64,000 nt of DNA from Alkalispirochaeta sp. (GTDB lineage Bacteria; Spirochaetota; Spirochaetia; DSM-27196; Alkalispirochaetaceae): assembly GCA_965242725.1 (NCBI GenBank), contig CBDESZ010000005.1, forward strand, positions 91,577 to 155,576, given 5' to 3'. Below, piece by piece: positions 10,428 to 22,469 of the stretch (its first letter is position 1; each line of letters starts with the position of its first letter). The position numbers and the translations under genes are program-made. Below the pieces are notes generated by a model. The model saw only the letters and a list, made by a program, of their open reading frames with translations, did no database searches and was not told the origin of the DNA.

Positions 10428-11054
10428 ATGAAAAGAAAAGTTTTTGTTATTTCGCTGGCTGTGTTCCTCGTCGTCGCGGCGGGGATACCTCTTGCTTCCC
10501 GACTCCATCACGACCGGGGAAATCCCCGTGACCGGATGCACGCCTACTACGTGGAGACCTCCGTGGAGGTCTCCGCTTCCGCCGGGGAGGTATATCGATT
10601 TCTGCTCTACGATATTCCCTCTGTCTATGAGGATCTGACGGAGATGCATGATCATTTCGCAATTCTCGAGGGAGACCATCTGGAGGTGGGCGGCGTGGTT
10701 GAGTGTGTGGAGGGAGACCCGCAGCAATATGTGGTGCACAATTATGTCGTTACGGCGCTTGAGAAGGACAGGCTCGTAGCCATGGCATCGACGCCGTCGC
10801 GCGTAGTCGATCGCACTTCGGGTCGGCAGATCACCACCTGTGATACCTGGGTCTATCTCGAAATCGACCCTATTGAGGCGATGAATGAGGAGGCAGCCCT
10901 CCTGTCCATGACCGTTGTGATCGCCATGGAAAACTCATACATCAAGACGCTCCTGGACATCATTGCCCTTATCGGCGGCACCCGTGACCAGTGGGAAACG
11001 CAGTTTACCGAAGAACTCGAAAACTACAAGAAGGCAATCGAGGGAACGGTATAG
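10428..11054 (+). CDS. Hypothetical protein (SRPBCC-like)
   Basis: GGAGG RBS, N-terminal TM, 'ETSVEVSASAGEVYRFL' pattern. Confidence 0.6.
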   Translation: MKRKVFVISLAVFLVVAAGIPLASRLHHDRGNPRDRMHAYYVETSVEVSASAGEVYRFLLYDIPSVYEDLTEMHDHFAILEGDHLEVGGVVECVEGDPQQYVVHNYVVTALEKDRLVAMASTPSRVVDRTSGRQITTCDTWVYLEIDPIEAMNEEAALLSMTVVIAMENSYIKTLLDIIALIGGTRDQWETQFTEELENYKKAIEGTV

Positions 11055-12137
11055 TCACGCGGCGGGCGTGCCCGATCGGCGGTACTCACGGGGGGTGACG
11101 CCGGTCCAGGACTTGAACGCCTTGATAAAGGCGCTCGCATCGGAATATCCCAGAAGGAAGGCGATCTCCTCCACCGCCCGCCCGTCCCGGAGGTGGACTT
11201 TCGCGGCGGATTCACGGGTGTGCTGGACAACTGCGCTGAAAGTGGTACCTTCCGCGGCGAGGCGGCTCTGCAGCGCCCGGACGCTCATGTTCAACTGTCG
11301 GGCAATGCGACGTACACCCAGGCCCCGGCCGTCAAAGCTTTCAGTCGCCGCCCGGGCTACCTCACTTTGCACACCCCCGGAATCCTCCAGTTTCTCCAGG
11401 GTCCGCCTGGCATAGGACTCAAAATATGCAACCAGCTTCTCGTTGGGATTGATCGTCGGCGTTTTGCCCTGAGCGGGATTGAGGACCACGTAATTGGAAC
11501 GGCATTTGAAATGGACGGGGCATCGGAATACACGGCGGTACTCGGCGTCCGAGGACGGCGGGTCGACGCAAAACCCGACCTCCAGGGGAGAAATCTCGCG
11601 GCCCGTCAGTTTTCTCGCAAGGGTGATCATGCTGGCAATCACCGAAGGATAGGCGTGGTGCGACGGCGGTGCGGCTCCGTTCGCAGGCAGGTAGGTCACC
11701 CTGATACCGTGCATCCCTGGTCGCGTCCGCGGGATGAGGGCGGTACTCACCAGCTTGTGATATCGGCCGGCGATGGTCATGGCGGCGGCGAGGGTGGGGC
11801 TGTTCATCATGAGATAGCCCACGATCCCGTAATGGCTCGGTTCGATGATTTCCCCCATATGCAGGCCCAGGCACTCATCTCCCGTCAGCTCCGCCGCCGC
11901 ATCCTCGATGGCGGCACACACCCCGATGTCGACGCGACCGTCCGGATCGGACAGCAGATCGATATTCGCGCCTGCATGCCTGAACACATCGGCGGTATCA
12001 ACGCCGATGTGTCTGAGATAGCGATCGAGGAGGGCGAGAACTCCCACTGAGACATCAAATTCCGACGCGTGCACGCAAAATAATAGCACGAAATGACCAT
12101 TTCTTTGCGCGCCGAAACAACTGTCGTCGCCCTCCAC
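11055..12137 (-). CDS. AraC family transcriptional regulator (start uncertain)
   Basis: C-terminal EIAFLLGYSDASAFIKAFKSWTGVTPREYR. Confidence 0.9.
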   Translation of the reverse strand: MEGDDSCFGAQRNGHFVLLFCVHASEFDVSVGVLALLDRYLRHIGVDTADVFRHAGANIDLLSDPDGRVDIGVCAAIEDAAAELTGDECLGLHMGEIIEPSHYGIVGYLMMNSPTLAAAMTIAGRYHKLVSTALIPRTRPGMHGIRVTYLPANGAAPPSHHAYPSVIASMITLARKLTGREISPLEVGFCVDPPSSDAEYRRVFRCPVHFKCRSNYVVLNPAQGKTPTINPNEKLVAYFESYARRTLEKLEDSGGVQSEVARAATESFDGRGLGVRRIARQLNMSVRALQSRLAAEGTTFSAVVQHTRESAAKVHLRDGRAVEEIAFLLGYSDASAFIKAFKSWTGVTPREYRRSGTPAA

Positions 12138-12156
12138 GGGGTACTATAGGAGCGTT

Positions 12157-12828
12157 ATGAACCACTGCAATCGGAAAACAAGGACCACCGCGTCCGTCCT
12201 TGGTGTCCTCCTTGGTATGGCCGGCGCCATCAACCACGGCATCTTTGAAATCCTCCAGGGAAACACGCCCACTCCGGGGCCCTTCATCGAGGCGATCGGT
12301 CCATCCCACCGATTCTGGATTCACGGCACGGAAGGGGCGATTACGGTCATCCCCAACTTCCTCGTCACCGGAATCGCCGTTCTCGTGGTGAGCCTCGCCG
12401 TCATCGTGTGGTCGGTAAAATATATTCATCGACGGCACGGTGCCACGGTATTTCTCGTCCTCATGGCGCTGCTGACGGCAGTAGGTGGCGGAATCGGACA
12501 CATTGTCCTCGTTATTCCCGTCTGGGCCTACGCAACACGAATCTGTACACCCCTCCGGTGGTGGAAGAGGGTGCTGTCCCCGCGAGCCACCGCCATCGCG
12601 GCACGCCTGTGGTGGCCCCTCCTGTTGCTCACAGTCTTCTCCTGGATCATCGTCATGGAGCTGGGTATCTTCGGCTACCTCCCCGGACAGACCGACCCCG
12701 ACACGATCCTGAACATATGCTTCGCCTTCGTGCTGTTGACGGTGCTCCTCGCCAACCTCGCCTTTATCGGCGCCATTGGCGGAGACCTGGAAGAAAAGAG
12801 AGGTGTTCTGCCACCGGAAGAACGTTAG
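12157..12828 (+). CDS. Hypothetical membrane protein
   Basis: Several TM segments; divergent from AraC gene. Confidence 0.7.
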   Translation: MNHCNRKTRTTASVLGVLLGMAGAINHGIFEILQGNTPTPGPFIEAIGPSHRFWIHGTEGAITVIPNFLVTGIAVLVVSLAVIVWSVKYIHRRHGATVFLVLMALLTAVGGGIGHIVLVIPVWAYATRICTPLRWWKRVLSPRATAIAARLWWPLLLLTVFSWIIVMELGIFGYLPGQTDPDTILNICFAFVLLTVLLANLAFIGAIGGDLEEKRGVLPPEER

Positions 12829-14519
12829 GTAACCTTTGGCCCCGCCTCCCTAACCGCAACGGAGCAACCCGATTCGAAGAAGTCAAAGTTCTCCTTAAAG
12901 AGGCGGGCAAGACGTCCCTTTATGCTGCGGTACTCAGCGGTGTTCTCCCAGCTCTCTTCCGGCCACAGCGTGTGGGGGTCAATGCCGGGCAGCTCCGTCT
13001 TGACCTCAAAACCAAAAACAGGATCTCGACGGCCTGGTAAACGGTCAAGTTCTCCGGAGTGGATCGCATCTATAATCCTTCGCGTCGTTTCCAGAGGAAT
13101 CCGTCGTCCCGTCCCATACGCGCCGCCGGTCCAGCCGGTATTGACCAGCCACACCGCCGCCCCGTTTCGTTCGATATATCCCGCAAGCAGTTCCGCGTAT
13201 CGTGATGGATGCCAGGGAATAAAGGCTGCTCCGAAGCACGCCGAGAAGGTTGCCTGGGGTTCAAGGACGCCTTCCTCGGTACCGGCGATCTTCGCGGTAT
13301 ATCCGCTGATGAAGTGGTACATCGCCTGCTCCGGTGACAACCGGGCGACGGGCGGAAGAACTCCAAAGGCGTCGCAGGAAAGAAAGACGATATTCCTGGG
13401 ATGATTCCCGACGCAGGGAATCTTGGCGTTCTGAATGTATTCAATTGGATAGGAACAGCGGGTGTTCTGGGTGACGGAATCATCGGAAAAGTCCACCACC
13501 CGCGAGAGGGGATCATAGACCACGTTTTCCAGGACCGCCCCAAAGCGTATCGCGCCGTAAATTTCCGGCTCCTTCTCCGGGTCGAGGTCTATGCATTTGG
13601 CGTAGCAGCCGCCTTCCACGTTGTAGACGCCCTTCGGGGACCAGCAGTGCTCGTCGTCGCCGATCAGCCTTCGGGACGCGTCGGCGGAGAGCGTCGTCTT
13701 TCCCGTTCCCGAGAGGCCAAAAAAGAGGCACACATCACCGTCGGCCCCTTCATTTGCTGAGCAGTGCATGGAAAGGACGTTCTTTTTGGGCATGCGGTAG
13801 TTTACGTACGTAAAGACGCCCTTCTTCATTTCCCCGGCGTATTCGGTACCCAGAATCACCATCTCACCCCGGGTAAAATCGATGTCCACGCTTGTCTTGC
13901 TTGTCATCCCCTGGGTAAACCGGTTGGCCGAGAAGGCGCCGGCGTTGTAAATGACAAACTCGGGCTCCCTGAAGGATTCCAGCTCCTCCGGCGTCGGGGT
14001 GATGAGCATGTTTGACATAAACAGCGCATGGTACGCCCGCTCACAGACGACACGTACCGTAAAGCGATGTTCCCCGTCCCACCCCGCAAAGGCGTCGACG
14101 ATAAAGAGGCGTTTGCGGGTATTGAGATAATCAATCGCCCGTTCGCGATTGATGAGAAAGACTCGATCGCTGCAGGGTTGATTGATCTCGCCCCACCAGA
14201 TCTCGTCCCGGGTCTGGTCGTCCTCCACAATCCGCTTGTCTCCGGGGCTGCGTCCCGTCTTGTCGCCGGATCGCACGGTGAGCGCTCCCTGGGCCGTGAT
14301 GGCAGACCCCTCCTCGAAAGTGAGGGCGTATTCATAAAGCTTCGCTGCGGAGAGATTTCGATATAACGTCGGCCCGGCGATCTCGGGTATCTCAAACCCC
14401 TTCATGATCGTACCGGCCGGTGCCGCTGATACCGGCGTTCCGCCCGGCGCCGTGGCTCGCGCCGCAGCCCCCGACGCCACTCCCGGAGACTGCTGTGCCG
14501 CCCGCCCGCCCGGACTCAC
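12825..14519 (-). CDS. pckA: Phosphoenolpyruvate carboxykinase (ATP); start at GTG 14519 (coupled to asd) or ATG 14405
   Basis: [32 protein letters not shown] motifs. Confidence 0.95.
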   Translation of the reverse strand: MSPGGRAAQQSPGVASGAAARATAPGGTPVSAAPAGTIMKGFEIPEIAGPTLYRNLSAAKLYEYALTFEEGSAITAQGALTVRSGDKTGRSPGDKRIVEDDQTRDEIWWGEINQPCSDRVFLINRERAIDYLNTRKRLFIVDAFAGWDGEHRFTVRVVCERAYHALFMSNMLITPTPEELESFREPEFVIYNAGAFSANRFTQGMTSKTSVDIDFTRGEMVILGTEYAGEMKKGVFTYVNYRMPKKNVLSMHCSANEGADGDVCLFFGLSGTGKTTLSADASRRLIGDDEHCWSPKGVYNVEGGCYAKCIDLDPEKEPEIYGAIRFGAVLENVVYDPLSRVVDFSDDSVTQNTRCSYPIEYIQNAKIPCVGNHPRNIVFLSCDAFGVLPPVARLSPEQAMYHFISGYTAKIAGTEEGVLEPQATFSACFGAAFIPWHPSRYAELLAGYIERNGAAVWLVNTGWTGGAYGTGRRIPLETTRRIIDAIHSGELDRLPGRRDPVFGFEVKTELPGIDPHTLWPEESWENTAEYRSIKGRLARLFKENFDFFESGCSVAVREAGPKVT

Positions 14520-15547
14520 GGCACCCTCACCAGATCCATCTTCACCAGCGTCTCGGCGATCTGCACCGCGTTGAGGGCCGCGCCCTTGCGGATATTGTTT
14601 GAGACCACCCACAGATTGAGGCCGTTGGCGATGGTCAGATCTTCCCGGATCCGTCCCACCATCGTCTCGTCCACATCGTTGGAATCAAGTGGGGTGGGAT
14701 AGACGTTATTGGCGGGGGCGTCCTTCACGATGACGCCCGGCGCCGCTGCGAGAATAGCCCGCGCCTCATCGGCGGTGATCTTCTTCTCCGTCTCGATATT
14801 GAGCGACTCGGAATGGCCAAACCACACGGGAATGCGCACCGCCGTTGGGCTCACCGCGATGGAATCGTCGCCCATGATCTTTTTGGTCTCATTGACCATC
14901 TTGAACTCTTCCTTGGTGTACCCGTGGTCCTGAAAGACATCGATGTGGGGTACCGCATTAAAGGCAAGCTGCACCGGATGGACCTGGGGGGCCACCCGCT
15001 TGCCCGTCTTGAGGTACTCCTCGGCCTCCCTGGTCAGCCCGTCAAAGCCGCGCCGGCCGCCGCCGGAGGCCGCCTGATAGGTGGACACCACCACGCGCTT
15101 GATCTTCCCCGCGTCATGCAGCGGCTTGAGAACCACAACCATCTGAATCGTGGAGCAATTGGGGTTGGGGACAATTCCCTTGTGCCGTTTCAGATCATCC
15201 GGATTGACCTCGGGGACCACCAGAGGGCACTCCGGATTCATTCGCCACTCCGACGAATTGTCCACCACCACGGCGCCCATCTCTACCGCCTGCGGCGCCA
15301 GCGCCTTGCTTGCCGTCGCCCCGGCGGAAAAAATCGCAATATCGATGCCCCTGAAATTCTCCTTCACCGCCGCCTGCACCTTCACGGCCTGCCCGTTATA
15401 GATGACCTCTTTGCCGGCGTTCTCCGGAATATCCAGCGGCCGAAACTCATCAATCGGAAAGTTCCGCCGCTCCAGCGTCCGGATCATCTCCGTCCCCACC
15501 ATTCCCATGGCTCCCACCACCGCAACGTTGTATCTCTCTTTCGCCAT
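14516..15547 (-). CDS. asd: Aspartate-semialdehyde dehydrogenase
   Basis: [31 protein letters not shown]. Confidence 0.96.
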   Translation of the reverse strand: MAKERYNVAVVGAMGMVGTEMIRTLERRNFPIDEFRPLDIPENAGKEVIYNGQAVKVQAAVKENFRGIDIAIFSAGATASKALAPQAVEMGAVVVDNSSEWRMNPECPLVVPEVNPDDLKRHKGIVPNPNCSTIQMVVVLKPLHDAGKIKRVVVSTYQAASGGGRRGFDGLTREAEEYLKTGKRVAPQVHPVQLAFNAVPHIDVFQDHGYTKEEFKMVNETKKIMGDDSIAVSPTAVRIPVWFGHSESLNIETEKKITADEARAILAAAPGVIVKDAPANNVYPTPLDSNDVDETMVGRIREDLTIANGLNLWVVSNNIRKGAALNAVQIAETLVKMDLVRVP

Positions 15548-15633
15548 CCCTTTCTCCTTGGTTATGTATAATGCATAATATATCCTGTATTATCTATCTG
15601 TCAATGAAGGCGCTTCTCTACATCTCATTCAAA

Positions 15634-15692
15634 ATTGAACTTCGTTCCGCTCTGCGCTGTTCCGTGGTGAGGTGTAACACCCGCCCTTGCAG
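15634..15692. repeat. 59-bp dispersed intergenic repeat, copy 2
   Basis: Colinear with 7555-7613. Confidence 0.7.
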
Positions 15693-15903
15693 GGGATACT
15701 CATCCGGCGTCTCACTTCAGGAGAATACGCTTCCCCGCGGATGCGGCGACGGCGAATCCCTTCGTCCAATGGAGAACTCACATCGAAGATTCTCCTCCAC
15801 TTTTCCGAAAAGGGAGGGGGCAGAGGACCGATATGGTTTACGCGTTTTCCTGAAACGTTGAGATTGCATGTCTCAACGGGTGTCGACCGCCCAATGCGCC
15901 AGG

Positions 15904-16893
15904 TTATCGTTTCCCGGACCGCTCGGTTACATATGTTTGAATGAGGATAAACACAAGTACCAGGACGCCTACGAGGATCTGCGCCCACCATTCGCGGAAC
16001 GCCGGAATGTACGCCGGAAGCTTGAATACCAGTCCGTAGATCAGCACCCCGAACAACGTACCGATTACTCGACCGGAGCCGCCGGTAAGCAGCGTGCCGC
16101 CGATTACGACGGAGGCGATAACGTTCAGCTCGAGCCCCACGGAGCTGTGAGGTTTTCCCGAAGCAAGGTGGATCGTAAAAACAACCCCGCCGAGGGCGGC
16201 AAGGAATCCGCTCATTGTGTAAATCAGGACTTTGGTCCGGTTTACCGGCAACCCCATTAACACGGCTGAGTTCTCATTGCCGCCGATCGCGTATACATTC
16301 CGCCCGAATTTGGTGTATCTCGCCACTATGATTCCCGCCGCCAGGACGACGGCAAAGACAAATACGTACAGGGAAAGGTTTCCGGTTGCCACCTTCATGC
16401 CGGTCCTCTTCATAAACGCGATAAACGGATCCTGATTGATGCTAATGGTCCCCTGATGAACCATGTACGCAAGCCCGCGCATCAGAAACATGGTAACCAG
16501 AGTTACCAGAAACGGCGGCAGTTCGAAGTATGTAATCAGACAGCCGACGGTAAAGCCCATCACAACGCCTATTGCCAGGCACATCAGCATTGATACCCAG
16601 GTTGGCACCTGGTAGGCCTCATACATCTTGGCGATGAAGATCGTCGTGAAGGCGACAACAGAGCCCACCGAGAGGTCGATCCCGCCGGAAATGATCACAA
16701 ATGTCATTCCCACCGCGATAATTCCAAAGTAGGCGTTCGCTTTGAATATGTTCACGAAGTTGTACGCGGAGAAAAACCCCGGGAACAGCACCGATGCAGC
16801 GGCATACATCAGAAGGAATATCGAGACCGTCGTGACAATCGGGATGTTGCCGGCGCTAATTCTGAATTGCCGACTGCTGGTATTGGCGTTCAT
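15904..16893 (-). CDS. Sugar ABC permease (YjfF-like)
   Basis: GGIDLSVGS, YAIGGNENSA, VVIGGTLLTGG; ATGA overlap with upstream gene. Confidence 0.9.
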   Translation of the reverse strand: MNANTSSRQFRISAGNIPIVTTVSIFLLMYAAASVLFPGFFSAYNFVNIFKANAYFGIIAVGMTFVIISGGIDLSVGSVVAFTTIFIAKMYEAYQVPTWVSMLMCLAIGVVMGFTVGCLITYFELPPFLVTLVTMFLMRGLAYMVHQGTISINQDPFIAFMKRTGMKVATGNLSLYVFVFAVVLAAGIIVARYTKFGRNVYAIGGNENSAVLMGLPVNRTKVLIYTMSGFLAALGGVVFTIHLASGKPHSSVGLELNVIASVVIGGTLLTGGSGRVIGTLFGVLIYGLVFKLPAYIPAFREWWAQILVGVLVLVFILIQTYVTERSGKR

Positions 16894-17945
16894 GCGGCGC
16901 TCCTTCCCCGACGACGCGTTGCGGCCGTAGCAAGCATTCTCCGAAACGCCTCCGATTGGATCAGTGCAACCATAATCAACACCAGAGCCTTGAAAACAAG
17001 GGAGTATTCGTAGGGCCACCGCTGGAAGTACACGGTCGTGGTGAGACTTTGAATGATGAGGGCGCCCACGACTGAGCCGACGAGTGTGAACCGACCGCCC
17101 CACATCGTACCGCCGATAATTACCGCTGCGATCGCGTCCAGCTCAATCATAAAACCGGTCGTATAGGGACTGGTACTTGATTCACCGGCAACGTGGATCA
17201 ACCCGGCGATTCCCGCCAGGATGGCGCAGAACACGTACGTCCCGATGGTAATCAACCGTGTTCGAATTCCAACGTATCTGCTGGCAGTCCTGTTTTCTCC
17301 AATTGACTCGATAAAGATCCCGATCGCCGTCCGCTTGGTAACAACGAGCGTACCGAGAAACACCGCCAGCCCGATCCAGACCGGAATTGGAAACCCCAAA
17401 AAGTAACCCGTGCCCAACGTTGTGAACGGTACTTCGTGGTAGGTAGGGGTTTGTCCCTGCACCATCAGTACCGCTATCCCCCTGGCCGAGTACATCATGA
17501 TCAAGGTTGCTATGATCGGCTGGACCCCGACGACTGCAACGAGAACACCGTTGATGAGTCCCAGGACAAGGGCAATCATTAAAGGTACCAAGATTATCAG
17601 GGCCAGTGCCGGCTGAGGATCGGAAACTGGCAGCCCCTGCAAGTATCCCGGACGGATTAAGAGCGCCGCCATCGCCCCGGCGGCCGCCATCACCGAACCT
17701 ACGGACAAGTCTATACCCCCCGTTGCAAAAACCAGGGTCATTCCTGTTGCCAAAATGCAGAGCCGGGCGCCGTTGTTAAATATGTTTATGAGGTTGCCAC
17801 GGAACCGTCCGTCCTGATGAAGAGTCACGTCAAAAAACTCCGGCGATATCACGAGATTCAGCAATAGAATTGCCATCAGCCCGAGCAACACATACACGAT
17901 CCGTTTCTTCAGCGGGTCTCGTACCGCCGAGTGTCCAAGTTCCAT
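16890..17945 (-). CDS. Sugar ABC permease (YtfT-like)
   Basis: TGGIDLSVGS, QPIIATL, ELDAIAAVIIGG. Confidence 0.9.
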   Translation of the reverse strand: MELGHSAVRDPLKKRIVYVLLGLMAILLLNLVISPEFFDVTLHQDGRFRGNLINIFNNGARLCILATGMTLVFATGGIDLSVGSVMAAAGAMAALLIRPGYLQGLPVSDPQPALALIILVPLMIALVLGLINGVLVAVVGVQPIIATLIMMYSARGIAVLMVQGQTPTYHEVPFTTLGTGYFLGFPIPVWIGLAVFLGTLVVTKRTAIGIFIESIGENRTASRYVGIRTRLITIGTYVFCAILAGIAGLIHVAGESSTSPYTTGFMIELDAIAAVIIGGTMWGGRFTLVGSVVGALIIQSLTTTVYFQRWPYEYSLVFKALVLIMVALIQSEAFRRMLATAATRRRGRSAA

Positions 17946-17979
17946 AGCGTTTTCGTACTCCTTGACCGACGGCGGCCGG

Positions 17980-19491
17980 TCAGCCGGCGCCTGCGATCGT
18001 ATGCATGATCGTCGTCTCGTTCAGATCGTTTCCGACAAGTTCCCGAACCTTTCGGCGATCCCTCAGCACCGCGATTCGCGTAGAACACCGCACTACTTCA
18101 TCCAACTCGGATGATATAAAGAGAATTGCCAGGCCCCGTTTGCGAAGCCCGATAATGAGTTTCTGAATCTCCACCTTTGAACCCACGTCGATACCGCGAG
18201 TCGGTTCGTCGAGTATCAACAACTGGGGATCAGACGCCAGCCAACGGGCCAGGATTACCTTTTGCTGATTCCCTCCGCTCAGGTTTTTTACCCGTTGATT
18301 GACGCTTGGTGTTACGATGTTCAGGGACTCGATGAACTGTCTCGCGATCTCGTCCCGTTCTCTCCGGCTGAGAAAACGGAAGACCCCTCGCTTGGCTTGA
18401 AGGGCGAGAATGATATTCTCCCTTACGCTCAACTCCGGGATAATACCGACTTCTTTTCGATCTTCCGGGCAGAATCCCATTCCCAATTCGATAGCTCGTC
18501 TGGGACTTTTGACCACCGTGTGCCGTCCCGCGATCGAGACGTCTCCGGTATCAGGTTTCTCGATGCCGTAGAGCAGCTTGGCGATTTCGGTCCTGCCGGA
18601 ACCGAGGAGGCCGGCAAGACCCAGGACCTCCCCCCGGCGAATCGAGAGGTCAAAGGGTTCTATGTAACCACGTTTGTGGATACCGGCGAGTCTGACGTAC
18701 TCCTCTCCGGCGGTTTCCTGCTCGTGTTGCCACTGTACCGCCTCAAACTCGTTCAATTCCTTTCCGAGCATGGCGGAAATCAGATCGATTCTGGTCAATG
18801 CTCCCGTTTCATAGACCCCGACTTTCCGGCCGTTCCTCAGCACGGTTATCCTGTCGGTTATCTCAAACACCTGGTCCAGAAAGTGGGTAATAAAAACGAC
18901 GCCAATCCCCTGGTCCTTCAATTTTCGCATTATCGAAAACAACTGCCGGACTTCTGCTGCGTCCAGGCTGGAGGTGGGTTCATCGAGAATGAGCACTTTG
19001 GCTGAGATATCCAACGCCCGCGCGATCGATACCATCTGCTGGATCGCCACCGAGTAGCTGTTGAGCGGACGGGTCACGTCGATATCCAGGTCCAGCTGTG
19101 CCACCGCCTCAGCCGCCCGACGGTGGAGCTCTCTCCAGTCAATGCCCGCACCACCCGCGCGTAGCGGCTGACGGCCGAGAAAAATGTTCTCCGCAACCGA
19201 AAGAAGCGGTATGAGGTTGATTTCCTGATACACGGTGCTGATCCCGTGGTGTACGGCTTCGTTCGGAGAGCCATAGCTGACGGAATTCCCGTCGTAAAAA
19301 ATCTCTCCGCTGTCCTTTGAGTGAAATCCGGTAATCACCTTTATCAGGGTTGATTTTCCGGCTCCATTCTCGCCCATGAGGCCGTGTATCTCGCCGGCGC
19401 GCAGATCGAAATCAACGGATGCAAGAGCTTTCACTCCTGGAAAGCTCTTGCACAGATTAGAAACCTTTAGGATCGCTCTCATTTCAATCAC
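17980..19491 (-). CDS. Sugar ABC ATP-binding protein (YtfR/RbsA-like, two NBDs)
   Basis: GENGAGKST, LSGGNQQK, LDEPTRGID. Confidence 0.95.
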   Translation of the reverse strand: MIEMRAILKVSNLCKSFPGVKALASVDFDLRAGEIHGLMGENGAGKSTLIKVITGFHSKDSGEIFYDGNSVSYGSPNEAVHHGISTVYQEINLIPLLSVAENIFLGRQPLRAGGAGIDWRELHRRAAEAVAQLDLDIDVTRPLNSYSVAIQQMVSIARALDISAKVLILDEPTSSLDAAEVRQLFSIMRKLKDQGIGVVFITHFLDQVFEITDRITVLRNGRKVGVYETGALTRIDLISAMLGKELNEFEAVQWQHEQETAGEEYVRLAGIHKRGYIEPFDLSIRRGEVLGLAGLLGSGRTEIAKLLYGIEKPDTGDVSIAGRHTVVKSPRRAIELGMGFCPEDRKEVGIIPELSVRENIILALQAKRGVFRFLSRRERDEIARQFIESLNIVTPSVNQRVKNLSGGNQQKVILARWLASDPQLLILDEPTRGIDVGSKVEIQKLIIGLRKRGLAILFISSELDEVVRCSTRIAVLRDRRKVRELVGNDLNETTIMHTIAGAG

Positions 19492-19506
19492 CGTTGACTG
19501 CTGAAA

Positions 19507-20445
19507 TCAGAAGCCGCCGGTGGGGTGATCCATGTAGTTGGACTCGTCGTAGAGTGAGTCTGGATTGATGATGTACTGATCCACAGCCTCCCCGTTGATT
19601 GCCATAGAAATGGCTTCAAAACCGAGTGGTCCGAGCAGCGGACTGCACTCAACCGTCGCGTTCATGTCGCCACGATCGATCGCCTCAAAAGCCGCCTTGA
19701 TCGCGTCTATTGAAATGATGAGAACGTCGTCGCCCGGGTCCAACCCGGCCGCTTTGAGGGCCTCGATTGCGCCAAGGGCCATACCGTCGTTGTGCGCATA
19801 CACGAGGTCGAACTCGACGCCTGCGGCCAACCACGCCTCTACAACCTGTCGGCCTTTGTCCTGACTCCACTCTCCCGTTTGAGACTCCACTACTTCGATT
19901 CCGGGATATTTATTGATGATCTCCATAAATCCCTCGTTCCGCAGGATTGCCGGATCCGCCGCCGGATCACCGAACAACTCGACGACTTTTCCGTTGCCGT
20001 CAAGACGATTGGCGACCCATTCACCGGCAAGACGCCCCTCGTAGGCAAAGTCGGATGAGATCTGGGTGACCCATAAATCTTCGGGAGCATCAACTCCCCT
20101 GTCGAGAAGTACTACCGGGATTCCTGCGTCCCTGGCCTCTTGAAGGACTTCATCCCAACCGCTGCGCGTTTGCGGAGCCAGCAAAATGCCATCCACCCTT
20201 TGTGCGATGAAGTCGCGGATCGCCGCAATCTGGCCGTCCTGCTCGGCAACAGACAAGCGCAGATCAACTCCCAGCCGCTCAGCTTCCTGCTGGACCGAAT
20301 TGGTTTCAGTCGTGCGCCACGGACTGTCCTCTTTGATCTGCGCAAAGCCGACGGTCATCGTACCGTCGTCTTCAACCGCGCCACCGGCAAACGCCATGGC
20401 TGCGACTATCGCGATAGACATCACAAGGAATACACACCGTTTCAT
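19507..20445 (-). CDS. Sugar ABC substrate-binding protein (YtfQ-like, galactofuranose type)
   Basis: Signal peptide, VGFAQ...WR, AHNDGMALGA, VECSPLLGP. Confidence 0.9.
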   Translation of the reverse strand: MKRCVFLVMSIAIVAAMAFAGGAVEDDGTMTVGFAQIKEDSPWRTTETNSVQQEAERLGVDLRLSVAEQDGQIAAIRDFIAQRVDGILLAPQTRSGWDEVLQEARDAGIPVVLLDRGVDAPEDLWVTQISSDFAYEGRLAGEWVANRLDGNGKVVELFGDPAADPAILRNEGFMEIINKYPGIEVVESQTGEWSQDKGRQVVEAWLAAGVEFDLVYAHNDGMALGAIEALKAAGLDPGDDVLIISIDAIKAAFEAIDRGDMNATVECSPLLGPLGFEAISMAINGEAVDQYIINPDSLYDESNYMDHPTGGF

Positions 20446-20606
20446 CTCGTAACCTCCCTGCCTTCATTGGAAGACGCTTTGATTGTGAATCAGGTCCCGT
20501 TTCGGGGTACCTGATTCATGATGAGTCAGGGTATTTCTGTTGTCTTTGGACAGATCGGGGAATTGTTGTACGGATCAGCACAAGTGGCGCATGAAGACCG
20601 GTGCGA

Positions 20607-22469
20607 TCAGTACTTGCGGCTTCCTATGTACTCCCGGGCAACCTCCATCGGGAATACGCCCTCTTCCGTGTTGATCCGCAAGGGCAACTCTTCGCCATGG
20701 ACGTAGTCAACGACGGCTTTCATGAGTTGAGGACCCAACAAAGGAGAGCACTCCACCGTACAATTGAGCTTGCCTTCAATCATCGCTTCAAATGCCGCCC
20801 TCACGCCGTCTATGGACACGAGGAGGATGTCAACGCCGGGATTCAACCCCGCCTCTTCAATTGCCCGGATTGCTCCGAGAGCCATGTCGTCATTGTGGGC
20901 ATACACTACGTCTATCCGGTCGTACCGCAGGAGAAATCTGCTCATAACGTCATACCCGAGATTTTCGATGAAATCCCCAGGCGTGCTGTCAATGATCGCG
21001 TGGGACTCCACCCGATCGATTACTTCGGAAAACCCCAGGCTGCGGTCGATTGCCGGTGCAGATCCGGGGAGTCCCGCGATCTCCACGATTCGCACATCGG
21101 TGCGACCCTCGGTTTCCTCCAACACCCACTGCGCCGCCCGGCGTCCCTCTTCAATGAAATCGGCGACGAGATAGGTAGTGACAAGGGTCTCGTCGGATAC
21201 GTCCACAGTCCGATCCGAAGCAATAACGGGAATGCCTGCCTCCCTGGCCTCCTGCAGCACGTGATCCCAACCTGTCTCGACGATAGGGGAAAATGCGATT
21301 ACGTCCACCCCTGCGCGAATGAATTCCCGGATTGCCTCAATCTGGTTGGTCTGATCCAGGTCGGCATCGCGGAACATCAACGATATCCCGGCGTCCTCGG
21401 CTGCAGACTTTATGGATTCGGTGTTCGCCTCCCGCCAGGCGCTCTCCCGACCAACCTGGGAAAACCCCAATACGATCGGTTCATCCGGTTCCCGACGGAC
21501 CACGTGATCTGGTATGCCGGGTAGTTCGTCCAGAATTGGTTCCGTTATGAGAGAGGACCGTAGAAATATCTTTTTAGGGAGACCATCACGGCCCTCAAGG
21601 ATGTCCATGGCCCGGTGAACCGCCTCCTTCCCCCCGGTCGGGCAGGTGATCGTAGCCTCCAGGATGCCGTTAGCTACCAGCGCCAGTCCACCTTCCGGTC
21701 CGGTGAGTCCGTCGATACCGATGATCGCCGTGTCGGCTATTCCGGCTTCGTTCAAAGCCCGATACACACCGTAGGCCATGGCGTCATTGTGCGCAAACAC
21801 GACGTTGCTGGACGTAAACAGATCCAGGTGTGCCCTGGTGATGTCCTCCGCGCGGTCCCGCAGCCAATCGGCACTGTAACTGGCCAACACATCTATGTTC
21901 GGCGCCACTTCCAGTTCTTCCCGAAAGCCCCGCATGCGCTCAATCACGGGAAGTGACTTCGCGTTGCCGGTGATCTCGATCACACCGCCGGGTTCATCAG
22001 CCAGGTGGTCCTTCACAAATCGCGCTGCCTGTTTCCCCACCAGTCCGTTGTCGACGCCGATGAACAGTGAGTAGTCGTAGCCTTCTACAGCTTTATCGAG
22101 GACTACTACGGGTATCTGCTCGTACACATCCCGAATAGCCGGGGCCATCGCTCTGGACTCCACCGGCGACACTATCAATAGATCGATCCCGAGCTGAATA
22201 AGCTTCTCAATGTCCGCTTCCTGTTTCGAGACGCTGTCGCCGGCATTGGTAAACACGATTCGCACACCTTCGTAGGTCTCCGCAGTGTCCTGGATCTCCG
22301 CGTTCATCACCTCACGCCACGGCTCGGAAAGGTTTGCCTGGGCAACGCCGATCACGAATCGAATGTCCGTCGCCACGCGGTCTGTTCCGCACCCTGCAGT
22401 CAGCGCAATCGCTCCGGCCAGGACCAGCATTCGCAACGACGCAGATCGACGATTCCGCTGCTTTCTCAT
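20607..22469 (-). CDS. Lipoprotein with two tandem periplasmic sugar-binding domains
   Basis: Lipobox-like LTAGC; two AHND-x-MA repeats; second domain YtfQ-like. Confidence 0.85.
   Translation of the reverse strand: MRKQRNRRSASLRMLVLAGAIALTAGCGTDRVATDIRFVIGVAQANLSEPWREVMNAEIQDTAETYEGVRIVFTNAGDSVSKQEADIEKLIQLGIDLLIVSPVESRAMAPAIRDVYEQIPVVVLDKAVEGYDYSLFIGVDNGLVGKQAARFVKDHLADEPGGVIEITGNAKSLPVIERMRGFREELEVAPNIDVLASYSADWLRDRAEDITRAHLDLFTSSNVVFAHNDAMAYGVYRALNEAGIADTAIIGIDGLTGPEGGLALVANGILEATITCPTGGKEAVHRAMDILEGRDGLPKKIFLRSSLITEPILDELPGIPDHVVRREPDEPIVLGFSQVGRESAWREANTESIKSAAEDAGISLMFRDADLDQTNQIEAIREFIRAGVDVIAFSPIVETGWDHVLQEAREAGIPVIASDRTVDVSDETLVTTYLVADFIEEGRRAAQWVLEETEGRTDVRIVEIAGLPGSAPAIDRSLGFSEVIDRVESHAIIDSTPGDFIENLGYDVMSRFLLRYDRIDVVYAHNDDMALGAIRAIEEAGLNPGVDILLVSIDGVRAAFEAMIEGKLNCTVECSPLLGPQLMKAVVDYVHGEELPLRINTEEGVFPMEVAREYIGSRKY

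Noticed and set aside
7662..12828. Patch of small accessory genes as a second cassette array
   Set aside because: No attC-like sites or core complementarity found between the genes
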